Positions 26,965 through 38,180 of a stretch of DNA of 64,000 nucleotides are shown one piece after another. Within the stretch, counting starts at the first letter, position 1. Every line of letters starts with the position of its first letter. The DNA lies in contig NC_057718.1 of the NCBI RefSeq assembly GCF_004010195.1, forward strand, positions 55,150,196 through 55,214,195. Direction: 5' to 3'. Under the pieces are notes generated by a model. The model was not told where the DNA came from. It did no database searches and saw nothing but the letters and a program-made list of their open reading frames with translations. Made by a program: the position numbers and the translations under genes. This DNA is from Chiloscyllium plagiosum. Taxonomy: Eukaryota.

Positions 26965-28790
26965 TAAAGTAAGTCTTAAAGTAGGAAAAAAGATGCAGGG
27001 GCAGAAAGCTATAGGTTGGGAATGCCATGGCCTAGAAGATTGAGGACACAACCACCAACTGTGTTGCAATTTGCTCAAAGGGCTAGAATTTAAAAAAATA
27101 TCTATTGGAGGATTTTGAAGCTGAACAAGATTACAAAGACAGAGGTGGCAAGGCCTTGGAGGAATTTAAGACAGAGATGAGAATTTTAAAGTGGAACATT
27201 TCTTGACCAGGAGCTGGTTGTTGGTCAGTGAGTACGAAAGTGATAAGTTCGCATGACTTGGCGCAAGTAGAGTCAAGCAGCAGTTTTGCATTACCACAGA
27301 TTTAAGAAGGGGAGAATGTGGAAGGCTGATCAGGACCACATTAGAATATAAACAAATTAGAGATAACAAGTGTATGGTTGAGGGCTTTAGTAAGCAGATG
27401 GACTGAGACATGAACGGAACCAAGGAGTTTCCATTATAAATGTGGAGATAGATATTTTAGCGATAATGTAAATATATCATTGGAAGCTCATCTTGTGGTT
27501 AAATAAGTGGACATCATTTGGTTCAACATCAGACAGTTCCAGGGCCAGGGATGGAGTTGGTAATTAGGAAGGAGTTTGTGGTGGGTACCAAAGACAATAG
27601 CTTAAATTTACCCTTTATTTATTTAATCACAGAAACATTTTGTCCATCCATTTCTGAATAAGCAGTCTTACACGTTAAATACAGTGGAAGAGTTGAGAGA
27701 GGTGCTGGTGAATAGAGCTGGATGTCACAAGAGTATATGTGAAAACTAATGCTGTGCCTTCAAATGATATTGCTGAAGGGCAGCATGCAACTCAGAAAAA
27801 GGATTGTATCAAAAATAGAACTTTGGAGGACACCAGAGGCTATGATGCAGGAGGGGGGGCAATAGCCAAAGCAGGCTATATGCTGGCTTCAATTAGATAG
27901 ATATAAATAAAACCAAGTGAGTGGCAACTACCTCTGAGCCAGGAAACCCAGGTTCAAGTCCCACCTCCTCCATTGTTGTGTAACAATATATCTGATTAGA
28001 GGAAAGAAAAATGTGAGTTACACAATGATAGATAGACATTGGAGGAAAATGGTGTAGTAAATCATTATAAAGGTTGAAGGCAGGTTGAGAAGGATGAGGA
28101 AGAAGAGATTATCTTTCTCTCAGTCTCACAGGATGCCAATCATTACTTTGATAAGACATCTTTCAGTGGTGGGATTGGTCTTGCATCCTGACTGAATGAA
28201 TTCAAACATGGAGCTCCCAGAAAGATGGAAAAAGATTGAAGGGTGAAAACAGATACAGAACTTTAGGAAGAAACACAGAAAAAGACAGTGATTTGTAAGG
28301 TCAAATGGATCAAGGGTTCTTTTGGAATAGGGTAATGACAGCATTTTTGAAGAAGAGAGGGGCAGTACAGGGGAGACAGAAGACAGGGGAGCATTAACAA
28401 GATTAAATAACATGGGGACCAGGAAGGGATGCTGATGAGCAGGTATTTAATTTGAAGAGGATCAAGGGAGCAAGACGTGGGTCCCATGAAGAAATTGAGA
28501 AGCGCAAGAAGGGAAATAGGAGAGGGAGATGAGTGTAGTGTGAGGATGGGGAGTGAGGGAGAACATGACAGGATACTTGAGAGGAGGTGTAAACTGGTGG
28601 GCCATGGGAAAGGGGAAAACAATAGCAACAGTTGATCAGATGGTTTCAATTTTGATGGCAAAAGAAGTCCATAAGCGTCTCTTACATTATTGGAGGTGAG
28701 TGTGGAAGAGACAAGGAAGAGATGGTTTGCAGTAAAGAAGCTGGAGATTATACCTGTAGCCCAAGATGTTCCTGAAAATAGTGAATAGTT
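26965..28790 (-). mobile_element. L2 LINE ORF2 relic
   Basis: PTSCSLDPLQIKYL...LVNAPLSS...KRTLDPFDLTN...QSGC...TERCLIKV, L2 RT-entry motifs. Confidence 0.8.
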
Positions 28791-29199
28791 TGGTATAGAG
28801 TCATAGAATTGTACAACATGGAAACAGACCCCTTAGTCCAACTCGTCCATGCTGATCACATATCCTGAATTAATCTAGTCCCATTTGCCAGCACTTGGCC
28901 CATATCCCTCTAAACTCTTCCTATTCATGTACGTGCCTAGATGTCTTTCAAATGTTGTATTATACCAGCCTCCACCACTTCTGGTAGCTCATTCCATACA
29001 CACACCATCCTCTGCATAAAAATGTTGCTCCTTAGGATCCTTTTAAATCTTTTCCCTCTCACCTTAAACCTATGCCGTCTTGTTTTGGACTCCCCAGTCC
29101 TGGGGAAAAGATATTGACTATTCACCCTATCCATGCCCCTCATGATTTTATAAACCTCTGTAAGGTCACCCTGAGCCTGCAATTCTCCAGGGAAAATAG

Positions 29200-29398
29200 G
29201 AGAAAGTGAGGTCTGCAGATGCTGGAGATCAAAGTTGAAACTTTATTGCTGGAACAGCACAGCAGGTCAGGCAGCATCCAGGGAACAGGAGATTCGACGT
29301 TTCGGGCACAGGCCCTTCTTCAGGCCCGAAACGTCGAATCTCCTGTTCCCTGGATGCTGCCTGACCTGCTGTGCTGTTCCAGCAATAAAGTTTCAACT
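29200..29398. mobile_element. Fold-back PLE insertion with perfect 75-bp inverted repeat
   Basis: Arms 29233-29307 and 29324-29398; 15-bp TSD ctccagggaaaatag at 29185-29199 and 29397-29411. Confidence 0.95.
29291..29324 (-). ncRNA. Minimal type I hammerhead ribozyme core (PLE-borne)
   Basis: Minus strand: CUGAAGA-A-GGGC-CUGU-GCCC-GAAAC-GUC-GAAUC; intact core, stem II, palindromic ACGU stem III. Confidence 0.75.
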
Positions 29399-29989
29399 CC
29401 AGGGAAAATAGCCCTAGCCTTTCAGCCTCTCCTTTTAGCTCACTCTCCAATCCCGGTAACATCCTTATAATGTTTTTCTGAACCCTTCCAAGTTCAAAAA
29501 CATCTTTCTTATAGCAGAGAGACCAGAATTGTGCGCAATATTCCAAAAGTGCCCTAACCAATGTCCTATACAGCTGCAATAAGACAGCACAACTCAATGC
29601 ACTGACCAGTGAAGGCAAGTGTACCAAATGCCTTCTTCACCACCCTGTCTACCTGTGATTCCACTTTCAATGAACCATGAACCTACACCCCAAGGTCTCT
29701 TTGTTTAACAACACTCCCTTGGCACTAAAGCAGAATCCAATAAGGTTTTAATTTGGTCCAGCAGATCTGGCAATCAAAATGTGTCACCTGCTAAATGGAG
29801 CTATATCAACGGAATAGTCCAGGTGAGAGTGAGTAATAGTTTTAGTAGGGACTGTAGTATCAAAGGTGTAAGTGAGGGCATGGTTGAACAAATCAGTAAG
29901 TGCTCAAATGATATGGTGAACCAATATTAGAGTTGGGATTTTTAAAGAGTTCTCCTCCATTCCCAGAACCCTCCAAGATATCTGTACTA

Positions 29990-30250
29990 ACATTTCCAGC
30001 AATCCTGATTTAATTTGCTCCAACAATGGTTGTCATGCCTTCAACTACTAAGCCCAAAGCTTTGGCACATTCTCCCTCAACCTCCATTCCACCTCTCTTT
30101 TCTCCTTTAAGCTGATCCTCAAAACTTACCTCTTTGACAAAGCTTTTGGCTATCGGTACTACATTGCCTTATGCGATTTGGTGTCATATGTTATCGACAA
30201 CACTCCGGTTTCAATGCTCCATCTTGGGATTTTACTTTACATTAAAGGTT
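29990..30250 (+). mobile_element. L2 LINE 3' end
   Basis: Homologous to 13950-14230. Confidence 0.65.
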
Positions 30251-31409
30251 GAAATCATGGAGGATGAGACTTATCTCCATTTATAAACTCAAAGATGATT
30301 AATGTTATTTTTCCAAAAACTTGACCACTCTCGAGTCTGCATGAATCAAGAAAGCAAAGATTTTATGCAATGCGAGAGAGAAGATCTTGATTACTCAGAG
30401 TACTTCTCAATAATAGTTTACTGCACATACTTATAATTATCTAATTCACGAAGGCCCTTGTTATCCCAAACTTCAGCCTCTGATCTGCTGACTTCCATAG
30501 TGTCTCAACTGTGATGTTTGGCCTTCAGTTCCCCTCATCTTGCATCGCTCTTTGGGAAGAGTAATAAATTAATTCTTGAATCACTTGCTACTTGAAACAA
30601 CATATTTTCTACCTTTAGTTTTGGCAAAAATTGACTTCTTTTCTAATCAGACCTTTGTATTTTAGGACTAAATTTCTGCAAGTATGTTTGTGCTTTCTCA
30701 AAGATAGGTGAGCTGGTTTTGTAAAATGCTTTCAAGAAATGTTTACAAATGTAGTTAAAGGGACATGCATCTCTAATTATTACCAGTTTCATTATTTCCA
30801 TGATGTTGGAATTTCAAACATTTTTGCTTCTTAAAGTTTATTTTATTTCTTTTTTGCCCTACAACTCTTAAGTCACAGAAAATGTGGAATTTGTTAATTT
30901 ACCAAATGAGGATCATAAACAGCCTCAATTAAACGCGTTAACTATGTAAACGACCTAAACCCGAAGAAGTAAACCTGAAATTCTGTAGCTCAAATCTTCT
31001 GTTCCGAATCAGAATCCGTACTTCTGACCAAGATCAAACTAAACGTTGCCCCACTTTAGAGAAGTTTCCCATGTGAACCTTCGGGCTAGGAGCCTTCGCA
31101 GGCGAAGCTGTACACCCCAATCCAGGAATCTGTACAGGCAAAGATTAATTATTTTGGAGCATTACACGTGAGAAAATGCCTACAAAAACATAACTACTTG
31201 CAAATAACTACTGTGTTTTGGAACCATAAGCAATATAAACACAAATGTCCAATTTTTTAAAAAACTCACTTAAAAAAACTCTCCCATGGGAACAACTTGT
31301 GATGCTCCAAAAGGTTACTTTCAAAAATTGAATAAGGAATCTCCTTACAATAGTTGTGGTCCACTGGTGTATGTATTTATCTAATAATTCTACACGAAGG
31401 TTACAGTAT

Positions 31410-31600
31410 TGGAAGCCATTCTTCGTGATTTTGAATATTTCTATCAAATCTCCTTCGAACCTTCGCTTGATACAAAAGCCTCAGCTGCTCCAATCCTTCT
31501 CTGTAACTGAAGTCCTGCTTCGGAGACCATTCTTACAAATCTTTTCTGCAGCTTCTCTGTAATGACTTCCTAAACCGTGGTACCCAGAATTGGTTACGAT
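31410..31600 (-). mobile_element. Old CR1 fragment
   Basis: IEIFKITK on the minus strand; gtggtacccagaattgg corresponds to the CR1 QFW motif. Confidence 0.65.
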
Positions 31601-31649
31601 ACTTCATTAAATTATCTGGCTTTCAACCTCTCTGCGCCTATTGATATCG

Positions 31650-32900
31650 ATAAAATACATAGTCTTTATTAACCGTTCATATATTAAAATTCTACCATCG
31701 GTCTCCATGATAATGATCGAGACTACAGCGTTAATTTTGGAGAAAACCGTTGGCCACGAGCTGGGCGAGAGTCTGAATACAGCCTCGCGAGGCCGCTTCA
31801 CCCACACACGGCGGCGGTTTGTTTATCCCTCCGCCGCAGTGCTGGGCGCCATCGGATCCCGCGAGGCCGCCAACACTGCAGCCTCCGCCCAGAGTCGGCA
31901 CCGTTCTGAGCTGAGTGTCCAACGCGGGGGCCGTGCACATTGCTGCTGTTGGATGGAATGGAGTGAGGTGACGCTGATTCTTGTCCCCGCCCAGGCCCGG
32001 CCCAATCCACCCATCCCCTGCTTGCTGCCTGTGTTAGTGCCTCCTCAATCAGTGCCTCTGCTTTTGCTCCACGGTGCGGATTGTTTCAGCCTTGGCTCTG
32101 GCTCCTGCAGCTTCACATTAATCGCTTCTCTCCGGGTAAAGGTGGGTATTCTTCACCGGGCAAGAACGATGAGTGGGAAACAGGTCGTATCCAGACCCCT
32201 TATTTAATTTATGCAGATACATTTCGATTGAGTGGAGCAAGGTACATTGCTGTTTCATTTAAAAGAGATGAGCGTGAAGTATAGAGAGAGAGAAGCCTGA
32301 GGTGGGAATATCTGCGGCATCTGACGATTCTCAGTAGCTTTCAGCCAGCGTAGATGGATTTGTTTAATATGTAAGCGTCCTCAACCTGGGTTCGAAGATG
32401 CGCTTATTTCCTTTAATTTATTCTGGGATTCGTAGCTGATATCCAAGTTTGAGTCTTGTGGATGCCTATCGTTTATTTTTCTCGTTTATCTAACGGTACA
32501 GATGTAAATAGGCGTGGCCGTGCGGATCTCGGGCTGCGATCGGAATACGAGCTGTTGAATGCGCGAAAAACTCAGCGCTTTGGTTTTCATTTTCTGATTG
32601 CAGCCGTCTCATAAATGGAATTTGTATAGAGAATCTGAGTGTTTTTCAATATTGCAGCAATCGTATTTTTTTAAAACGAAAGCCCTTGTAGGTCTGAGAT
32701 TTGTCCCGTAAATGAGCCTTTAGTGTATTTTTTTTGTTTAGTTGTCAGTAACATTTAAAGGTAATCAGCAGTGTAAAGCGTGGAAAGTTGCGCATTTTGC
32801 CATCGTGAATTGGTAATGAGATGGGGGTGGGAGTGGTGGTCATAACGCGATGCTTCATTATGGATCGCAATGCTGCAACCCGAATGCGGTGCTTGTCGGG
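31650..32900 (+). promoter_or_regulatory. CpG island / probable Pol II promoter
   Basis: Sharp CpG enrichment against a depleted background; GC box ccccgccc 31985-31992; CCAAT 32002-32006; Inr-like tcagt ~32049; forkhead-like tgtttat ~31820. Confidence 0.75.
32040..32141 (+). other. Candidate non-coding first exon of an unidentified gene
   Basis: Lies downstream of the GC/CCAAT boxes; donor candidates CGG|GTAAAG (32135/32136) and AAG|GTGGGT (32141/32142). Confidence 0.45.
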
Positions 32901-34419
32901 CTTAGCTTGCAGCTGCATTCCATATTAATCTGCACTGTAGGATAGATTTGTCAGGGTGGGGTTAGATGCAATGTGAGTAATTAAAATGTATGGATTTGCA
33001 ATTGGAAAACAAGCTTGATGACATTTTGAGAATGCAGAACTAATTATCCTGTTGATTGTACTGTACAGTACAGTACCGTCTCCTCCATTTCCAATGGCGT
33101 ACACAGAGGGGCAGTAAAGGCATCCTTGGTTTTTCGCATCCCATCTATTTCCTTAATCAAAATGAACTCATTACCGACCCTATTAACGCTTTAAGGTATA
33201 TAATACACTTACATGTGAAATTTGACCTGCCAGGCTCTTCCCGGTTTTGGAATTTTGTTGGACGTCGCAAATCAAATATTGAATAAATTATTCGAACGTG
33301 GTCTTGAAATGATGTTCTCAAGGTTCATTTTGTGGTTTGGGTTTTAAGGTCAGCAGAAAGGACAAAAACATGCTTTTTAAAAAAATAATACTTTGAAATA
33401 ACCGAAATAATAAAATTGTTAACGGATAACCCCACTAACCATTGCGTTATTTGGCGAGTACATGCAGGTCATACATAAGCGCAGCTAAAATTGCTGTAAT
33501 TATACATTTTAAAAATGTGCCCTTGTGCACAGAACGCTGTTACTGCATGACTTGTTAAATAAGGCAGCATCAAGTTCCATGGCAATATTTCCTACCCATT
33601 CTCTTTACGCTAGAGCCTACGTTGCTGCTGAAACTACAGTGATAACTCTGGGTATAATTTTATTTTCTGCTTAACATGCATCTCTTCCAGTGTCCACTTT
33701 ATTTTCTTGCTGATACACCACAGTAAGTATATTAAAATGTTCTTGATCAACAGGGATGTAATGATGGTTAATTTGGGAATTTTGTGGCTATCCTTAAAAC
33801 TTAGCCTGAAAATATTATTACTTAGTGTTGGTACACTCTGCAAGACATTAACATAATATTAAATTTGCCAGTTCTTCCAAGCAGAGTCTCAACTCTGCTT
33901 TGTGGCTACTACCACCACCTTTATAATTGACCTATAAAGACATCAGATCTATGTAATGTGTTGATTGGATGTCTTTTCACCATCTTATTTGCCAAACAGT
34001 TGTTCGGCATTCTCTTCAAAATCATATTTCTCAATCTGTTCCACCAACTACAACTGCTTTTGAATTCAAGATCTACTTTATAGTGATTCAGAAACTAAAT
34101 ATAAACAGTGTTCATATTGTCTGATGACCAATGTCATTTGGATAAATCTGATTTGACTGATTCAAATTTTGTTCAGTTTTATTGGGTCAAAGTAACTCGA
34201 CATGCCATGTTTGGATTGGCTGGGATTTTATTTGGAAATGGCCAATATGCACATCATTATAATTAAGAAACTTTACTTTCATTTAGAAATAACTTAATGG
34301 CAATTATTTCAATATATTTTTAACTTACTTCTGCAAAATCCTTGTTTTTCATGTTCAGTAATAAGCAAGTAAAACCATAATTTAGGTTTTCATACGCTTG
34401 TCTTCATTGCTGAGATTTT

Positions 34420-34990
34420 GGGTGTAGGCATTGGGACATCATGTTGAGACTGTACAGGATGTTGGTGAGGCCTCTTTTGGAGTACTGTCTACCGTCCTAG
34501 TCGCCCTGCTATAGGAAGGTTACTATTAAACAGGAGAAGGTTCAGAAAAGATTACCAGGATGTTGCCAGGAATGGAGTGTTTGAGTTATAAAAATAGGCT
34601 GTGACTTCCTTCACTGGCATGTAGGAGGTTGAGGTGCAACCTTACTGAAGTTTATAAAATCATGAGGGGCATGGATAATTTGAATGACAAGGGTCTTTTC
34701 CCTAAGGTGGGGGAATTCAAAATTAAGGGGCATGTTTTTAAGGTGAGAGAGAAGGACATTAGGGGCAACTTTTCTCCACAGAGTGGTTAGTGTGTGGAAT
34801 AAAATGTCAGAGGAAGTGGTTGATGCTGGTACAGTTACAATGTTTAAAATACATTTGGATAAGTACATGAGAAGGAATGTTTTGGAGGGATATGAGCCAA
34901 ACGCAGGCAGGTGCAACTAGTTTTGTTGTGAACCTGTTCGGTGTGGATTAGTTGGACTGAAGGATCTGTTTCCATGCTGTATGACTCGAT
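34420..34990 (+). mobile_element. HER1-like CR1 3' part
   Basis: Homologous to 10540-11126. Confidence 0.88.
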
Positions 34991-35329
34991 CTTGTAATTT
35001 CCATTGATGTAGGATTTCTTGTGTGCGACTGTTGTTGGAATATACACGGGGTTTGGGGAAAAGCATGGATATACTGCTAAAGCTTTACTTATGCTTTGTA
35101 ATGTCATCTTACTTTTTATGTATTGTTGCTATTTTGCAACACATTATTTAAGTTACATAATATGCTTCTAAATGGCTTGCTTGTTGCATTCTGTAATCTT
35201 ATTGTAGGAAAACCGATATATTCAATCCTGCTCCAGTATTGATTCCATTGGAAATTTAGTGCATCAAAACTCTCTTTTAAAATGTCAATCTCTATAATTC
35301 TGCTGAGTGAGGGGGATCCATATAAGTCA

Positions 35330-35830
35330 TAAACATACTAATTATATGGCTAGGCCATTTGACTCCTCAAGCCTGCTCTGTCATTGAATAATATCGTAGC
35401 TGATCTGAAGTGGCCTCAACTCCATTTCCTGACTACCCCATTACTATTTGACTTCCTTGTTGTTTCTGTCTTAAAATATTCAATGACCCTACCTCCTCAT
35501 GGACTCCTAGCCAACTGAGAGGAAACAATTATCTCCATCTCCAAAGAAAATGGTAGACTTATTAGTTTTAATGCCTGTCTCCATATTCGATTCTGTCCCT
35601 CAAGAGGGAAACATCCTTCCAGCATCCACCTTGTCAAGTCCCTGCAGGATGTTATGTGTTTCAGTAAGTTCACCTGTGGTTCTTGTATAACATTTCCCTT
35701 GCAATAAATAACAATAACTCATTTGCTTTCCTAATCATCTGCTGTATCTGCATATAGACATTTTGTGATTCCTGTACCAAGACACCCAGATCCCTCTGTA
35801 CCTCAAAGTTCTGCGGTGCCTCTATTTACA
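35330..35830 (-). mobile_element. CR1 3' fragment
   Basis: taggccatttgactcctcaagcctgctc tail; ccagatccctctgtac. Confidence 0.75.
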
Positions 35831-36619
35831 GGATATGCACTTCTTCATGTATCTGAGAATGCAGTTTTGGCAAGGTCTGAAAAAAAATTGTATATTGAAT
35901 ATTGCATTCTTCATTAGTCTACCAAAAGCAATACATTCCATTATTTTAAAAAAAGCAATACTTTACAACATTATTTTGTTCATTGCCTGGTATTTTACAG
36001 TAAGTGAATGATTAAACTTTACTTAGAAACAAACTCAGAGAAATATATTGCTGGAAATGGAACTCTATCCTATTTCATGTATACAGAATGTTGGTATTGG
36101 TCACTGCCTGGTTTCCTTTAACATGGCGAGGTTCAAGTTCTTTCCATTGTACTCCAGCAAATGTGCCTTAATGTGAACACCTCTTTGACATCAGTGTATG
36201 ATTTTCACTTATGATATCAGTCAGTGTGCAAACCAAAGGTGTTATTAGTCATTCCTGATATTTTCTGAATTAAAAGTTAACTAGCTTCACCTTAGAGATG
36301 TAATGTGGGAAGGCCTTTAGGAACTGGATTATGACTTATTTTCAAACAACTGTGGGAAAAAATGTCTGTGCCCCAGTATAAACTGGATTTGAAACCAGTT
36401 GGAGGTGAAACGTTGGGCTATGCCACTTACCTTTCCTGAATTAAACTTTTTTTGTGGGATAAAAATCAATCTTAATTTTGACCAGTATGAGCAAATTTCA
36501 CTTTGTTTTATTAATTTTATCAGAAATGAAATTTTGTACCAATTTACAAATCTTCGTTTAAAATAATATTTCTGTAAATCACAATTTATTATCAATCTTA
36601 ATATTGTTTGCTCACCTGT

Positions 36620-36860
36620 TCGTACAAACCAATGAATTGGGAACAGAAAGCCTCTCAGGCCTGCTCTGTCATTTAGTAGGATCATAGTTGATGTGTTTGT
36701 GTTGCAAATTCACACTTCCATCTATTCCAGATAACCTTTTGATTCCCTTGTATAACAAGAGTCTGTCTACTTCTGCCACCTCTGAGGCAGAGAATACCTA
36801 AGTTGTGCATCCCTCTGAGAAAAATATTCTCCTCACCTCTCTCCTAAAAACAGTCCCTGC
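36620..36860 (-). mobile_element. CR1 3' fragment
   Basis: gcctgctctgtcatttagtaggatcat tail; ccctctgagaaaaatattctcctc. Confidence 0.65.
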
Positions 36861-37739
36861 TGTCAGAGCTTTCTCACTTGTTCAGTATTCCTAACATTTC
36901 TGACTAAGGAAAGTTAATGGACATGTGCCATGTCATGTCTCTACTTCAGATTCCAGCAGCAATCTAGAGAAAACAGGAAATCACTAAAGTCTCTCATTTT
37001 CCCCATAATACCTCTATTACATTTATTGGCCCTCAGTACTGTCCATACCATTACTCTTTAAACCTTTGGTCTGGTTTGTTGCCTATCATGAACTTCCGGA
37101 CTTCTTTGGTCCTACCATTCTGATTTCTTTAGGGCTTTCTATTCACCAGAATTAGTCTAATTCCATCTTAACTCTTATACTGTGAGTGACTTCTAAATGT
37201 GTGAAAATTATATATCTATAAGAGAAGGTGCTGTGGGACATAAACATGTTTTCTTTTATTAGACTATTCTTGTATACAAAATTGAACTTGATAAAATTTC
37301 AATAAAAGCAGAAAATTATAACCAAGTGTGGCCTGAAAAATGTATTCCAGTCACCATGGTTCCCTGACTAGCTAATGTTTTATCATTAATTAAATTGAAG
37401 TTTGTAAATAACTGAAAGCCAGACCTGTAACTGACCCAAGCATTCGGGCTCTGCAGCAAATTATGCTTGAAGTCGACTTGGGTTTATAACTTTATGGCAT
37501 GATTATATACTGTGCAGTATAACCTATAGTGGTGCTGTCATTTATAAAATATGTATTCTGTGACTATCACCACTAATGTACATAATATCTTGCATCAAGT
37601 ACACAGTCCAAATGTAGCGTTGACTGTCTAAAATAAAAATAAGACGAAAAGAATTATATAAGACTTTTGCAAAGTCATCTGTTTTACTAAAAGTCAGGAA
37701 AATGTCTGTCTCTGACCCTATTTAGATTAGCAGATATAT

Positions 37740-38180
37740 ATACATATAGCAGGAGTAGGCCATTCAAGCCTGCTCTGCCATTTATTAATATGATTTGTTT
37801 GTGATCTCAACATGAGCCTCTTGTCTGTCTGCACCACTCCCTCAAACACACACACAGTCCTTGATTCCCTTGCCTATCAAAAATCTACATATCTCAGCCT
37901 TAAATAAATTTAATGATGCAACTTGTGGAAGGGAATTCCACAGACTAACCATCCACTGATATTAAACAGATCTCCTCATCTCACTCTTAAAAGGAATAAT
38001 GGAGACCTCATTTATAAGCTGTGGCCCGTAGTTCTAGTTTCTCATAAAGGGAGTGACATCTCAGTAAGACCATCTCTCGCTCTTCCAAATTCCAATGTTT
38101 AAAGAAGCGACCTATACAACATTCATAAGATAAGCCCTTTGACCCAGGAATAAGTCAAGCGATCATTTTCTGAACATTTC
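37740..38180 (-). mobile_element. CR1 3' fragment
   Basis: gcaggagtaggccattcaagcctgctctgccatt tail. Confidence 0.7.

Larger units (their letters stand above)
28795..29725 (-). mobile_element. HER1-like CR1 3' part, split by a PLE palindrome
   Basis: GDLTEVYKIMRGMDRVN...VCVWNELP; LYRTLVRALLEYCAQFWS. Confidence 0.9.

Noticed and set aside
31641..32207. 188-aa ORF, the longest in the window
   Set aside because: GC-rich CpG-island sequence naturally lacks stops; non-ATG start; no recognisable domain
33057..33072. Perfect 16-bp palindrome tgtactgtacagtaca
   Set aside because: Short and low-complexity; about one such palindrome is expected by chance in a window this size
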